From a virus (Duplodnaviria; Caudoviricetes), in IMG/VR virus record IMGVR_UViG_3300020044_006193, positions 1-37,876 of that record: a stretch of 37,876 nt of DNA, one strand, 5' to 3'. Positions within the stretch are counted from its first letter, which is position 1. Each line of letters begins with the position of its first letter. Below the pieces are notes generated by a model. That model did not search any database. It was not told where the DNA came from and saw only the letters and a program-made list of their open reading frames with translations. The translations under genes and the position numbers were made by a program. Positions 7,069 to 17,099 of the stretch are shown in pieces.

Positions 7069-9253
7069 AACTGGATGTAATCTTCCTGTACACTACTTTT
7101 GTATGTCCTCCGGTCATTGGTTTTATCCGTTCAATTTGGATCATACCGAGTTTTTCCAGAACGTTTGCAGATGCCTGAAACTGAGCTGCCGTGAACTTTT
7201 GACATGCTCGATAAAGTTTCCGGGCTTCGATTGATTCATTATCCCGTAGAACCTTCAAAATCTTATCCATCGCCGCTGCCTGCTGATTATCAACGACATC
7301 TTCCAGCAGCAGGTTACAACTTGTCCGAGTCAGGAAATTCGACAGCAGAACGGCCCATTCGATATCCTGCTTTTCAATTTTGATCAGCCCCCATTCGGTG
7401 GTGCTGGGATCTTCCCGCAGCCTGGCTGCCCGGTGAACCATTGCCAGCTTCATCGTTCTGGCTGCCGTCCGGCACCAGACACCGGCACGCAGTTCGCCTT
7501 CTGAATCCATCTTGTCCCGGATCTTTCCGCTGTGATCCGTCCATCGCTCGAATGCTTCCGCTGTCATCTGCAGCAATGCAGGATCCGGACCTTCCGCAAT
7601 ATTTCCGGGTTTCGGATCCCATTGAATCCACCGCTTGACCTGATCGACCAGAATTTCAGAAGGCGGTTCCTGCGGACTGATCACCATTTTCGGGCGGTCC
7701 TGACAGACGAAAAACGCCAGCCGTCCGAACAGACCATCATCAACCTGATCGGCTGTGATTGACGAAAAAACCTTCGGTGTCGTCAATCCCAGAACGCACA
7801 GATGCGGCTGAAGCGTCTTGTTTTTTGCACCTGCTGAGTGAGCTGCGCCGCCGTAGTTCGTCGACGCCTTGCCGTAGAGTTTCAGTAAATGGGTGGCAAT
7901 CTGTTTCAGGTGCTGGTTCGATCGCTTGTCGAGCAATGACTCGAGAGTTTTCCCGAATTCGTCGCACACCCAGATTCCGCAAGGCTTAACATTGATCATC
8001 GACAGCAGCCCATTCCCGGATTGCACGTCCGGTGGATGCGTCAAATCGAATCCAGTGGCCGCGAATAGTTTCTGGATGGTTGCCTCGCATGCTTCCTTTC
8101 CGGATCCTGTCGGAGCCATTACGACATTGTAGTCATTGGTCCGCAAATCGGTTTGAGACGTGATCCGTCGGCCAAAGATCGTTTCACAGAAACTCAGTGC
8201 CGTTGCCATCCCCATGACCGGAGACGGAAACTGGCTGACTACCTTGTAATACTCGTAAACCCACCTGATCAGCCCATCCTGCGGCATGATGGCTTCATAG
8301 AATTCTGACGCATCCATCGAGTCATCCTGATCGTCAAAACAGGCAGGCAGTGGCAATTCCACCTGTTGTTTTCGACCGAGGACAACCTCTGGGACCAGCC
8401 CGAAGGCCGCTCTGACCGGATCGTCATTAAACTGAGTCGCGCACAGATAGGCAAATTTGTCGTATGACGATTCCGGTTTCAGACCCGGAACGGATGTACT
8501 GAAAACCCGCAGCGTCTTTGATCCTCCGAAGTTTACCGTCCCGCTGATGGATCCGCGTTTCTTCCCGGGACGCCACCAGTCCTGTGCTTCCTGACGATTT
8601 CGGCAGAACGTCCACCCATCCCGCATCAGGATTGATTCCCAGGTCGATTCCTGCTCAATCCAGTTCCGGGCCTTCGTCAACAGCGAGTCGCCGGACGTGT
8701 ACCGAGGATCGACGGTTGCGGCTTTGGCAACCCGTTTTTCCTGCGTTTGCTTCATGTTCATGAACTGGCGAAAAACCAGTTCCGGAAGCGGTGCGACGTC
8801 GCATTCCCACGGCGGAATGATCCATTCGTATTTTGCTCCGCTTTCATGGATTGACGGCGGGATCACGCTCTGAGCTGCGTTCTGGCCGAAACGGAATTCG
8901 ACACCCATCATTCCAAACTTCGCGCCTTCCAGTTCGAACCGATCTTCCCACTGGAACAGTCGGTGAACGGATTTTGCTGAACGGTATGTTGGCGTTCTGG
9001 GATGGCCGCAGTCCTCCATCCAAGCTTCGACCAGCATTTCCCCGTTGTCGTCATCGAACTCCAGATCAATCACACCAGATTTCGACCCGAGCAACAGCCC
9101 GACATTACAGCCTTCCGGCCATTCAGCGATGACTGCGGGATCGTTGGTGCATTTTGACGGCCAGTCTTTGCCGAGGATTGAGCCGGGGTTTTTGGATCCG
9201 CTGTCCATCGGACAAAGGAACCAGCCGGTTGCGAGTAGGTTTTTATCAATCAT
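7067..9253 (-). CDS. Bifunctional primase-polymerase fused to a DUF3987-like helicase/ATPase
   Basis: Prim-Pol motifs (KNPG, NVGLLLG..SGVIDLEFD, HRLF, VIPPSIHESG.Y.W); Walker A APTGSGKE and Walker B VCDEFG. Confidence 0.88.
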   Translation of the reverse strand: MIDKNLLATGWFLCPMDSGSKNPGSILGKDWPSKCTNDPAVIAEWPEGCNVGLLLGSKSGVIDLEFDDDNGEMLVEAWMEDCGHPRTPTYRSAKSVHRLFQWEDRFELEGAKFGMMGVEFRFGQNAAQSVIPPSIHESGAKYEWIIPPWECDVAPLPELVFRQFMNMKQTQEKRVAKAATVDPRYTSGDSLLTKARNWIEQESTWESILMRDGWTFCRNRQEAQDWWRPGKKRGSISGTVNFGGSKTLRVFSTSVPGLKPESSYDKFAYLCATQFNDDPVRAAFGLVPEVVLGRKQQVELPLPACFDDQDDSMDASEFYEAIMPQDGLIRWVYEYYKVVSQFPSPVMGMATALSFCETIFGRRITSQTDLRTNDYNVVMAPTGSGKEACEATIQKLFAATGFDLTHPPDVQSGNGLLSMINVKPCGIWVCDEFGKTLESLLDKRSNQHLKQIATHLLKLYGKASTNYGGAAHSAGAKNKTLQPHLCVLGLTTPKVFSSITADQVDDGLFGRLAFFVCQDRPKMVISPQEPPSEILVDQVKRWIQWDPKPGNIAEGPDPALLQMTAEAFERWTDHSGKIRDKMDSEGELRAGVWCRTAARTMKLAMVHRAARLREDPSTTEWGLIKIEKQDIEWAVLLSNFLTRTSCNLLLEDVVDNQQAAAMDKILKVLRDNESIEARKLYRACQKFTAAQFQASANVLEKLGMIQIERIKPMTGGHTKVVYRKITSS

Positions 9254-9911
9254 TCACGTCTCTCCTTGCAAGATTTGCTTCAGGAGTCGTGAGCCGTAAA
9301 ATGGCGTTGTTTCTATGGAATTCAACCCAATTCAAGCGAAGCTGATCACTGGTGAAAACTGGAAATATCTCACCATCAACAGAGTCGTCGGAAACCGATG
9401 CCTCAATATCGATATCGTTTAACTGAATGAACCTCTTCAGTATTGAATCGAACGTCGCGACATGATCGACATGGCATCGCTCAAAATCCAATTCCGCTCC
9501 AGTGATGCCGCACCGCGGCCGATCGATGCTCAGAAATTGCGCGGTCTTGAAAACAACAATCTGTTCTCGGATTGCGTTTCTTGCAGCCCGGCAAAAATCG
9601 GCATATTTGCTATTTTTCCTACCTGATAAACATGAGCGAAAACTGAAGTCAGTTTCAGTGTTATCACTCCTGATCAGGTAAAACGTGTTTTGACATGCGA
9701 ATGCCGGATTCTGTCTGATTTCGAATCGGTTGATTCCACAGCCGATTTTCTTTTCCGCTTCCGGATGTCGTGAAATCAGGTCTTGCAGAAATACAAAACC
9801 AGACCCATCTGATATCTGCACTACAGGGCACGCATCTTTTAACCAGGTACCAATGCACCTGTGAGCTTCTTTTTTTGAGGCGAATTCAATTCCGCCAACC
9901 GTGTATTTCAT
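9246..9911 (-). CDS. DCL/DUF3223-like domain protein with an HNH-like C-terminus
   Basis: RHPEAEKKIGCGI...FYLIRSDNTETDFSFRSC matches the DCL pattern; C-terminal CGITG...HVDHV...N. Confidence 0.72.
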   Translation of the reverse strand: MKYTVGGIEFASKKEAHRCIGTWLKDACPVVQISDGSGFVFLQDLISRHPEAEKKIGCGINRFEIRQNPAFACQNTFYLIRSDNTETDFSFRSCLSGRKNSKYADFCRAARNAIREQIVVFKTAQFLSIDRPRCGITGAELDFERCHVDHVATFDSILKRFIQLNDIDIEASVSDDSVDGEIFPVFTSDQLRLNWVEFHRNNAILRLTTPEANLARRDVND

Positions 9912-9932
9912 CTCGCTCCGTCTCCCCTATAT

Positions 9933-11642
9933 TCAAAACGGGACTTCATCCCCAAAGTCATTCACCAGCGTTTCCGCATGCTCTGGCTGCGTTTCTTCCA
10001 GCCACTCTTCCGGCATCTCGTCCACGAATTCCACGCTCTTGATTCGTGTGTACTTGCCATCCTTGACCGTCGTGATGCGTGACGGCATCCGGCAGGCTCC
10101 ACGGTCCAGCAGGTCAATCGCTTCCGCGATCGTTTCAGGAACCTCGCTCAGTGAATGCTGTTCCCACCACAGGCAGGCTTTCACACGTGCGAAGTTCTGG
10201 TGCTCGAGACACACCCATTCAGAAACGTGTTTCGCTGTCAGGTTGCCGCTGGGAACGTCAACCGGCTGGCACTCGTAATCAATCCGCAGCGTCGGCGGTG
10301 CTTCCGGATCGTTTTTCTTGTAGTGCGTTCCCCACTTACAGCCCTCGACGATCCACGTTTCCGGCGGGACTTCACCCGTCAATTGTGACTCGGTGTCTGC
10401 GTTAGCCTGATGTCTTCCCGGGAATCGAAACCCGCATTCCGGGCACTCCGGTTCACCGGCTGGCACGTCGAGTTTGCAGTTCAGGCATTCTCGCCCGCGT
10501 CCGTTGCGTTCCTGTGGCTGTGCAGATCCCGGCTTTGAGCTTCTGGCCCGCCCGTAATCCCGATCGTCCAGTGATCCGTGCCGCTCGATGTTCCCGCCGA
10601 AGTCCAGAATCAGTGCGTTCTGTTTGCTGTCATGCTTTCGCAGTCCTCGCCCGACCATCTGAGCAAACAGCCCAGGGCTCATCGTCGCCCGGAGGATCGC
10701 AATTGCGTCGATGCACGGCGCGTCGAATCCAGTCGTCAGGACGTCACAGTTGACCAGCCATCGCAGGTCACCATCGCGAAACCGCTTTAACGCTGTGGCA
10801 CGTTCCATCGGAAACGAGTCGCCGGTAACTACGCCAACGTCCTCGCCCGTCAGTGTTCGCAGGAAATCTGCGACATTCTCCGCATGAAGAACACCGGAAC
10901 AAAAAACCAGAATTGACTTTCGGTCGTGACACTTTTCAGCGATCTCCTGACACGCTGTCAGCACCGTGTCATCACCACCGAAAATCCGTTGCAGATCGGA
11001 TTCAACGAACTCACCGCCGCGCAGTTTCGCTGAGCTGGTGTCGATTTGCTGATCAGACGGCTTATTTGTGATCTCGCAAAGAAAACCTTCTTTGATCAGA
11101 TCACCGGTAAACGCTTCAAAACACCGATTCTGAAACAGTTTCTTTTTGCCACAGATCGGGCCTTCACCGGTCCGATATGGGGTAGCCGTGAGCCCTACCA
11201 CTCGCGCCGTCGGATTCAATGCAATCACGTCAGCGATAAACTGCCCGTACATCGTTTCATCACTGGACGAAACTAAATGAGCCTCGTCGATTATGATGAG
11301 TTGTCGTTCGCCGATTTGTTCAGCCTGCCGGTACACGGACTGGATGCCAGCACACAGAATCGGCTGCTGAGTCTGTTTCGAGTTGAGCCCGGCTGAATAG
11401 ATTCCGACCGGGATCTCTGGCAGCAAAATCCGGATCTTTTCGGCGTTCTGTTGAATCAACTCTTTTCGGTGCTGCAGGACGATCACCTGCGCACCGAATT
11501 CGATAGCCTGTTTCGCCAGCATGGCAATTACCAGCGATTTGCCCGCCCCGGTCGGCAAGACGATTAATGGGTTCCCCGGCTGAGTCGCGAGGTAATGCCA
11601 TGCCGCGTCATTGGCTGCGGTTTGATACCAGCGGGGATTCAT
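9933..11642 (-). CDS. SF2 DEAH-box helicase (RadD/YejH-like) with a Zn finger
   Basis: LPTGAGKS, DEAH, TATP, TTGFD, QMVGRGLR; CxxC...CPECG. Confidence 0.93.
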   Translation of the reverse strand: MNPRWYQTAANDAAWHYLATQPGNPLIVLPTGAGKSLVIAMLAKQAIEFGAQVIVLQHRKELIQQNAEKIRILLPEIPVGIYSAGLNSKQTQQPILCAGIQSVYRQAEQIGERQLIIIDEAHLVSSSDETMYGQFIADVIALNPTARVVGLTATPYRTGEGPICGKKKLFQNRCFEAFTGDLIKEGFLCEITNKPSDQQIDTSSAKLRGGEFVESDLQRIFGGDDTVLTACQEIAEKCHDRKSILVFCSGVLHAENVADFLRTLTGEDVGVVTGDSFPMERATALKRFRDGDLRWLVNCDVLTTGFDAPCIDAIAILRATMSPGLFAQMVGRGLRKHDSKQNALILDFGGNIERHGSLDDRDYGRARSSKPGSAQPQERNGRGRECLNCKLDVPAGEPECPECGFRFPGRHQANADTESQLTGEVPPETWIVEGCKWGTHYKKNDPEAPPTLRIDYECQPVDVPSGNLTAKHVSEWVCLEHQNFARVKACLWWEQHSLSEVPETIAEAIDLLDRGACRMPSRITTVKDGKYTRIKSVEFVDEMPEEWLEETQPEHAETLVNDFGDEVPF

Positions 11643-12565
11643 TATTCAACCTCCGCAAACAGAGTCCGCTGCGATGTGCTTTCATGCTGCCGTACTGCCT
11701 GTGCCAGATTCTTCAACGCCTGCGTGTGATATTCCGGCTTCAGTTCACATCCATAGAACCGCCGCTGATCCGGGATACTTCTTCCGGTCTTTGGCGACTT
11801 GCCGCCAAGACTCATAAACCCTTCTGACCCAATGCCCGTAAACGGCGAAAACACGATCTCGCCCGGATTTGAGTACAACAGCACACACCTCCGAATGACT
11901 TCCAACTGCAGCGGGCAAATGTGCTTCGTGTCTTCTTCAGACTTCGCTGCTGCAGTGTTCAGCGTGTCGGTTTCTTGCACGTCATCCCAGCATCCTTCAG
12001 CCCACTTGATCCAGTCGTTTCGGCTGACCTGATTTTTCGCGTTGATCGGGACTGCGTTTTCACCGGGCTTCCGAAACTTGATTAGATAATCCTGCAGCGT
12101 TCCGCGTTGCTTCGAGCGATCTGATTCCAAACCAGCAAACTGAAGTTCCCGCGATCGAGTCCGAATAGCTTGTGCTTGCGGATTCTTTCTGACGCTCCAA
12201 TCGTATTCATAAATCAAGCCAGCCCGTTCACCGAGCCGAATATTAGTTCCGCGAAAGTCGCACAAACCGATTCCACCGCTCCGCTTCATTCGTGGAATCT
12301 GGCAGACGTGGACTATGGCTGCGCGTCCGGGTTTCAGAACTCGCATCAATCCAGCAAACAGAAACGACAGGTGAACAGTCGCCTCTCCACTCATTGAATC
12401 CACGTTACCGATATCAGATTCTGAATCGGTGTATGCGTACAGCGATGGAAACGGTGGACTGAACACGGCGAAGTCAACTACATCCTCTGGCATGTCTTGC
12501 AACATGTGCGGAATGCAGTCGCCGTGGTGAACGTGGAACTGCTCTGAATCATCGAATACATGCAT
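11642..12565 (-). CDS. Beta-class amino DNA methyltransferase (m4C/m6A)
   Basis: N-terminal motif IV FSPPF and C-terminal motif I SPFTGIGSE. Start refined to MHVFDD with a GGAGGT RBS. Confidence 0.88.
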   Translation of the reverse strand: MHVFDDSEQFHVHHGDCIPHMLQDMPEDVVDFAVFSPPFPSLYAYTDSESDIGNVDSMSGEATVHLSFLFAGLMRVLKPGRAAIVHVCQIPRMKRSGGIGLCDFRGTNIRLGERAGLIYEYDWSVRKNPQAQAIRTRSRELQFAGLESDRSKQRGTLQDYLIKFRKPGENAVPINAKNQVSRNDWIKWAEGCWDDVQETDTLNTAAAKSEEDTKHICPLQLEVIRRCVLLYSNPGEIVFSPFTGIGSEGFMSLGGKSPKTGRSIPDQRRFYGCELKPEYHTQALKNLAQAVRQHESTSQRTLFAEVE

Positions 12566-14036
12566 GACCGACCTCCCTGAATAACTGCTCTTGTTCTTTG
12601 GTGTCTGATTCAACGCGATCAGCTTTTCGCAGAACGTTGTCAACAAATGGAATTTCCAGTTCTGTCACTGGAATATGGACGTTCAATGGACGTGTTGACC
12701 CGATACGGTTTGACCGCTTGACGGCCTGATAGAATTCTTCGTATGAGTCTTTCAGACCTGAAAACACCTGCCGAGTACACACCTGTAGATTTAACCCGAA
12801 CCCGAGGATGCGCGGTTTACTGATAAGCACTTTCACGTCGCCACGTTTAAATGCGTCAATGTGCTCCAGTCGTTTCGCTTCCGGTGTTTCTCCTTTAATG
12901 CTGACCGCTTCCGGAAATGTATCTTCCATCAACTCCTGCTCGTCGTTGTAGTTGCACCAGATGATGGTTGATTCCCCCGGCCAACTGTCGACCATTGATC
13001 TGATGTGCGATGGTTTGTTGGTCGGCATTCCTCCTTTACCTTTGGCAATCTGTGACAACTTCCCGCGTTCACCGATGCCGCCGATCTCATTAGTTATCAA
13101 TGATCCGGTCAGTGACTGCGCCGCCTTCCGTTGCTCTGGTGTCAGTTCAATGTGGTCAATATGAATGTGAATCGGTGGTGTTGTTCCGACGTTGTCGCAC
13201 CATCCATAGGTTGCCGGATTCGTCAGGAAAATTGACCAGTCAGCCAGAGACCGATAGAACGGTTTCAGGGCATGTGGTTTCAGTTCCCAGCGGTTCTGAG
13301 TCTCACCACGATTGATGAAATACGTGGCGAGAAACTCGTTCACTGTTCGGCAGCGATCCAGAAACACGGCGTGATTCGCGAACTCAATCCGATCGTTCGG
13401 AGCTGGTGTGCCAGTCGCACACAACTTCCATTTCAGCCCTCGCCCGAGTTCAATCAAGCGGTTGCCGTATTCACCGTAGTGAGACTTCAGCATTGAAGAC
13501 TCATCGAGAATCAGCCCGGCCAGATTGCCAGGTATCAGTCCTTCCCGAATCGCTTCGTAATTGGTGACCGCAATCTGAGTGTTCAGGCTGTCGTTTGATT
13601 CCAGCCAGTTCTGTAAGTCAAACGCTCGGACCTGACCAATATCGAACCGTTCACCGTACCAGCGAAATGCTTCCTGCAATGTCTGCGACACAACCATCAA
13701 CGGGGATACGATCAGGATTTTTCCGCCGTTGCAGTTCTTTGCAGCATGCCGAGCAAACTCCAGAAGCATCAGCGTTTTACCGAGTCCACAATCTGCAAAG
13801 ATTGCATACTTCCGTTTCTTCAATGCCAGAGAAACGATATCACGCTGATAATCAAACATCCCTTCTTTCGGCTCGTATTGAGTATCGTCAGACTCAGCAT
13901 CTGCTACACCAAACGCAGCAGCATATTCATCAGATATCTCTGCTGCGTTTCCGACGAACCGATACACCGGGCATCGCCGGACCTTCAGGAATGTTTCGTA
14001 GTCAGTGATTGAGGACGTGTTAAATCGGATTCTCAT
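12549..14036 (-). CDS. SNF2-related helicase
   Basis: YQ, ADCGLGKT, DESS, TGTP, GFGLNLQ, QAVKRSNRIG. Confidence 0.9.
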   Translation of the reverse strand: MRIRFNTSSITDYETFLKVRRCPVYRFVGNAAEISDEYAAAFGVADAESDDTQYEPKEGMFDYQRDIVSLALKKRKYAIFADCGLGKTLMLLEFARHAAKNCNGGKILIVSPLMVVSQTLQEAFRWYGERFDIGQVRAFDLQNWLESNDSLNTQIAVTNYEAIREGLIPGNLAGLILDESSMLKSHYGEYGNRLIELGRGLKWKLCATGTPAPNDRIEFANHAVFLDRCRTVNEFLATYFINRGETQNRWELKPHALKPFYRSLADWSIFLTNPATYGWCDNVGTTPPIHIHIDHIELTPEQRKAAQSLTGSLITNEIGGIGERGKLSQIAKGKGGMPTNKPSHIRSMVDSWPGESTIIWCNYNDEQELMEDTFPEAVSIKGETPEAKRLEHIDAFKRGDVKVLISKPRILGFGLNLQVCTRQVFSGLKDSYEEFYQAVKRSNRIGSTRPLNVHIPVTELEIPFVDNVLRKADRVESDTKEQEQLFREVGHACIR

Positions 14037-14821
14037 CGCGTATTCCTCACTGCCTTAACAATCTCGCTGACAGCCCCCTGAATTTCCATCAACGCCGTTT
14101 CATCCCAATACGGATTTCCAATCCGTGCCAGTTCGTCACGTGCATCAGTGAGCAGTGCTTCGCCAAATGCTTCGGCCTTCTCGATCTCCGGCTTAAGTGC
14201 TTCGGCACATCGCTGGTCAGCCGCCCGGCGCTCGGCTTCACGTGCTTCAATTTCGCGCCGTTCGTTCTCCGCTCGCAGTCGCTGCAATTCTTCACGATCT
14301 TTCCGGAGTTGTTCTTCTTCGGCTTTTCGTTCTGCGGCTTTCTGAGTTTCCGCTGTCAGCAGTGCCTCGAAAAATCCGTCATCCATCACGTCCAGTGCGT
14401 TCAGATCGACGCCAGCAACACCGATGGCAGCCAGTCGATTAAGGCGACTTTGCAGCCGTTCACGTTTCTCATTTTCCTTCTGCTGCTTTTCTTTCAGCCG
14501 TTCGGCTTCGTAGTTGTCCTCCTCTGCCGACAGCCTGCCTTCAATTGGCTCCAGTTCAGCAATCAGCCGTTTCGCTTCAGCGTTAATCGCCCGCTGGTAC
14601 TTCAGGGCTCCTTCGTTCAAATCTTTCCGTCGCTTGTCGATCTCCAGTCGCAGCCGCTTCACAGTCTTGCGTGCTTCGGTGACGGCCTTGATGCCGACCG
14701 TTGCCACGGTCAACTGGCCAAACTCACGGACCTGAGCAATTGCCAGTTCGTCCGGTCGAAACTCTGCCAGCGTCGATACAATCAGAGCGTCGACTGGTGC
14801 CGGTGTCTCTTCAATAATCAT
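14033..14821 (-). CDS. Coiled-coil phage protein (DUF1351-like)
   Basis: EARKTVKRLRLEIDKRRKDL pattern, E/R/K-rich helices, position in the recombination module. Confidence 0.65.
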   Translation of the reverse strand: MIIEETPAPVDALIVSTLAEFRPDELAIAQVREFGQLTVATVGIKAVTEARKTVKRLRLEIDKRRKDLNEGALKYQRAINAEAKRLIAELEPIEGRLSAEEDNYEAERLKEKQQKENEKRERLQSRLNRLAAIGVAGVDLNALDVMDDGFFEALLTAETQKAAERKAEEEQLRKDREELQRLRAENERREIEAREAERRAADQRCAEALKPEIEKAEAFGEALLTDARDELARIGNPYWDETALMEIQGAVSEIVKAVRNTR

Positions 14822-15294
14822 CTGAGAAATCCTTTCATAAGGTTCACACGTTCAACAAAAGCAATCACTTGTTTATCAACGTCAAATTTAGTCCAGATAC
14901 CGAAGTACTGATTCCACAACTCATGTTCCAAATCACCCTGTTTTGTGTCCGCGATCTCAACAACGGATTCAATCACTAGGATGCCTAGTTTTTCCTGCAG
15001 CAATGCGTCACAGAAAATCTGAAAACGGCACATGTCAGCGGTCTTGAATGGACGCGGCACGTCGCTGGTCAGGATCTCGTGTGCATCGTGGTAGAGTCCC
15101 CACAGTTGCACCTGTGGCGGCTCGTCTAGCAACCGTTCAAATACTTCAAGCGAATGAGCCAGAACGCTGGCTGTCGGGTGCTGTCCGCCAAAACGGCCAA
15201 TCCGTGAAAGGCACTCAGCCACCCACTGCGGATCTTCAACACACCTGTCAGACCACTCTTCAGAGTCTGATATGTAGTTCGACCACTTACGCAC
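14818..15294 (-). CDS. HD-domain phosphohydrolase (YfbR-like deoxynucleotidase family)
   Basis: RFGGQ..SVLAHS...YHDAHE...DVPRPFK; likely GTG start at 15294. Confidence 0.8.
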   Translation of the reverse strand: MRKWSNYISDSEEWSDRCVEDPQWVAECLSRIGRFGGQHPTASVLAHSLEVFERLLDEPPQVQLWGLYHDAHEILTSDVPRPFKTADMCRFQIFCDALLQEKLGILVIESVVEIADTKQGDLEHELWNQYFGIWTKFDVDKQVIAFVERVNLMKGFLR

Positions 15295-15318
15295 GTTGCA
15301 GTCCTTCCATGAGTCGAT

Positions 15319-15363
15319 AAAAAATGCCCGGCAGTGCGAGCTGTAGACAGACACTGCCGAGCA
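15319..15363 (-). terminator. Intrinsic terminator-like hairpin after DUF669
   Basis: TGCTCGGCAGTG...CACTGCCGGGCA followed by a T tract on the minus strand. Confidence 0.55.
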
Positions 15364-15387
15364 CCGGAGGCGACACACCACCGGGTT

Positions 15388-15888
15388 TCACTTCTTCGCA
15401 AACGGATTCGCCGGACTCCCAGACGTAGTCTGAGCAGGCTGCGAAAACGCTTCAGTCATCATGTTGGTCTGCTGCTGTGCGTTTGACTCGGAACGGGACT
15501 TGTACCCCTTGATTTCGTTCCGAGGGTTTCCGTTCTGGTCTTTGCCGATCGCAACCCGAATGTTGAGCGGTCGATTGTGCAACTCCGCAGAATCGTTCGG
15601 ATCTGGCAAGCCGCACGCAACACACAACGCCTTCAACTGCCCTCGCCCGATCTGCTGTGCCTGCGATGATTTGTTGATGATGTTCAAACCATCAAACAAA
15701 GTCCGGTTCTGGTATGGACCGTTGAGAATCTGAAACTTCAGTTCCAGCCGTGCGCCGGTTCCATCCTTCGTAGGCTTCTTCTCGCTGTGAACCAGAATAG
15801 CCGGGTATTCACCTGCTGGAATCGGTTCAAATGAACCGCCCGCCTGTGTGTTTTTCAAATCCAAATCTGTCAAACTCGCCATGGTCAA
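15388..15888 (-). CDS. DUF669 family ssDNA-binding-like protein
   Basis: FEPIPAGEY...L.LKFQILNGPYQNR..F...NEIKGY, ending in PF; adjacent to a Sak4-like gene. Confidence 0.85.
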   Translation of the reverse strand: MTMASLTDLDLKNTQAGGSFEPIPAGEYPAILVHSEKKPTKDGTGARLELKFQILNGPYQNRTLFDGLNIINKSSQAQQIGRGQLKALCVACGLPDPNDSAELHNRPLNIRVAIGKDQNGNPRNEIKGYKSRSESNAQQQTNMMTEAFSQPAQTTSGSPANPFAKK

Positions 15889-16653
15889 TCACCCTGCTTT
15901 CTTCGTTAAGGTTGCTTCTTCACTGCTCTTCGGAAAATACTTCGCGTAATCAGCCCAGCTGAACGGGATCTCTGCTGGCATGTCCTGCAGCCGATTCTTT
16001 GCCAGGCATGCTGCCGTTTCCTGCGTTCGGATGTATCGCTCGCTATTGCTCACAGCGATGTTTCGTTCCTTCGAGAACCCAAGATCCTCTTTCCGGACAA
16101 ACACGCGATACGATGCGAAGAGCACTTCATCGCACCATTCCTGGAGCATGGCAGACGCTGATTTGTGCAGTGCAGGCTGATACCGGTCGTAGGAATCAAC
16201 CTCTGGATCTGAATGCTTTACGATGGCTGAATGAGCCAGCAGAATGATCTGCATTCCCTTCTCTTTGCGCAGCCAGTCGAGCTTAAACACGAAGTCATCC
16301 CAGTATTTCAGGGCAGCTTCGTAACCCTTACCGAACCCGATTTCAGAAATAGAATCCTTGCCGGCATCACGTGCGACCTGTGCGTGAAGCAACCCTTCAA
16401 GCCAGTCGATTGAGTCGACGGCAATTGTTCTGAAGTCATGCTTCTCGTTCGCCAGATCAATCAGGATTTGATTGACCGATTCCATCGCTGTCAGGTGTTC
16501 AGTCCGCTGACAGTCAATGTCGTCGAGTCCGTCCTCCAGATTCAGAATCAGGCAGTTCGGAGCCTGTGCAGCCCATGTGCTTTTACCGATGCCGTGAACG
16601 CCATACAGAAGCGTTCGTCGTGGTTTTGGTTTCTTACCCGTTACGATCTTCAT
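15889..16653 (-). CDS. AAA_24/Sak4-like ATPase (ssDNA annealing)
   Basis: LYGVHGIGKST, VDSIDWLE, LLAH, AKNR. Confidence 0.88.
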   Translation of the reverse strand: MKIVTGKKPKPRRTLLYGVHGIGKSTWAAQAPNCLILNLEDGLDDIDCQRTEHLTAMESVNQILIDLANEKHDFRTIAVDSIDWLEGLLHAQVARDAGKDSISEIGFGKGYEAALKYWDDFVFKLDWLRKEKGMQIILLAHSAIVKHSDPEVDSYDRYQPALHKSASAMLQEWCDEVLFASYRVFVRKEDLGFSKERNIAVSNSERYIRTQETAACLAKNRLQDMPAEIPFSWADYAKYFPKSSEEATLTKKAG

Positions 16654-17099
16654 ACTTCCATTCCTTCCAGTTTGTAAATAAACACCTCAACACCACTTTT
16701 CGAATCACCATCTGCTATCTGCTTCTCGATTGTTCCGGAGCACACCTGACAATCGTCATGCCAGAAAATTCCTGTCAGTGCGTCAAGAACTGCTTTATCT
16801 AAATTGTCCCGATCCGGCTTTTTGATGTGCCAGATTTGCGGCATCGGTTTCGTTTTCCACTGCATTGATTTCGGTCGAGGGAACACGAACAGCAAATCAA
16901 CACGAAATGGCCCTTCGATCTTTTTTCCGTGGTAATGTTGCCGAGCGACGAACTGCAGCGACCGCTTCCATTTGTGTATCCCGTTGTCTGGCGTGTAATG
17001 TCTGCCGCTGGCCGTTGACCGTGTACGAGGCTGAGCAATCGGCAAGCCTTCGACAAAGAATCGCCACTGCATTACCTCACGAAAAAATTGCTGCGTCAT
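16650..17099 (-). CDS. rusA: RusA-family Holliday junction resolvase
   Basis: P.AQPR.R, KPDRDNLDKAVLDAL, DDCQV. Confidence 0.9.
   Translation of the reverse strand: MTQQFFREVMQWRFFVEGLPIAQPRTRSTASGRHYTPDNGIHKWKRSLQFVARQHYHGKKIEGPFRVDLLFVFPRPKSMQWKTKPMPQIWHIKKPDRDNLDKAVLDALTGIFWHDDCQVCSGTIEKQIADGDSKSGVEVFIYKLEGMEV

Noticed and set aside
12566-12646. N-terminal extension of the methyltransferase ORF (likewise the long starts for csrA, HD, int, 3487..3981 and 22023..23960)
   Set aside because: Downstream starts have better RBS or coupling, and most of the extensions overlap neighbouring genes or non-coding elements
14818-15294. HD protein as DatZ of a Z-genome (2-aminoadenine) system
   Set aside because: No purZ or mazZ-like gene or dedicated polymerase is visible; a generic HD hydrolase is sufficient
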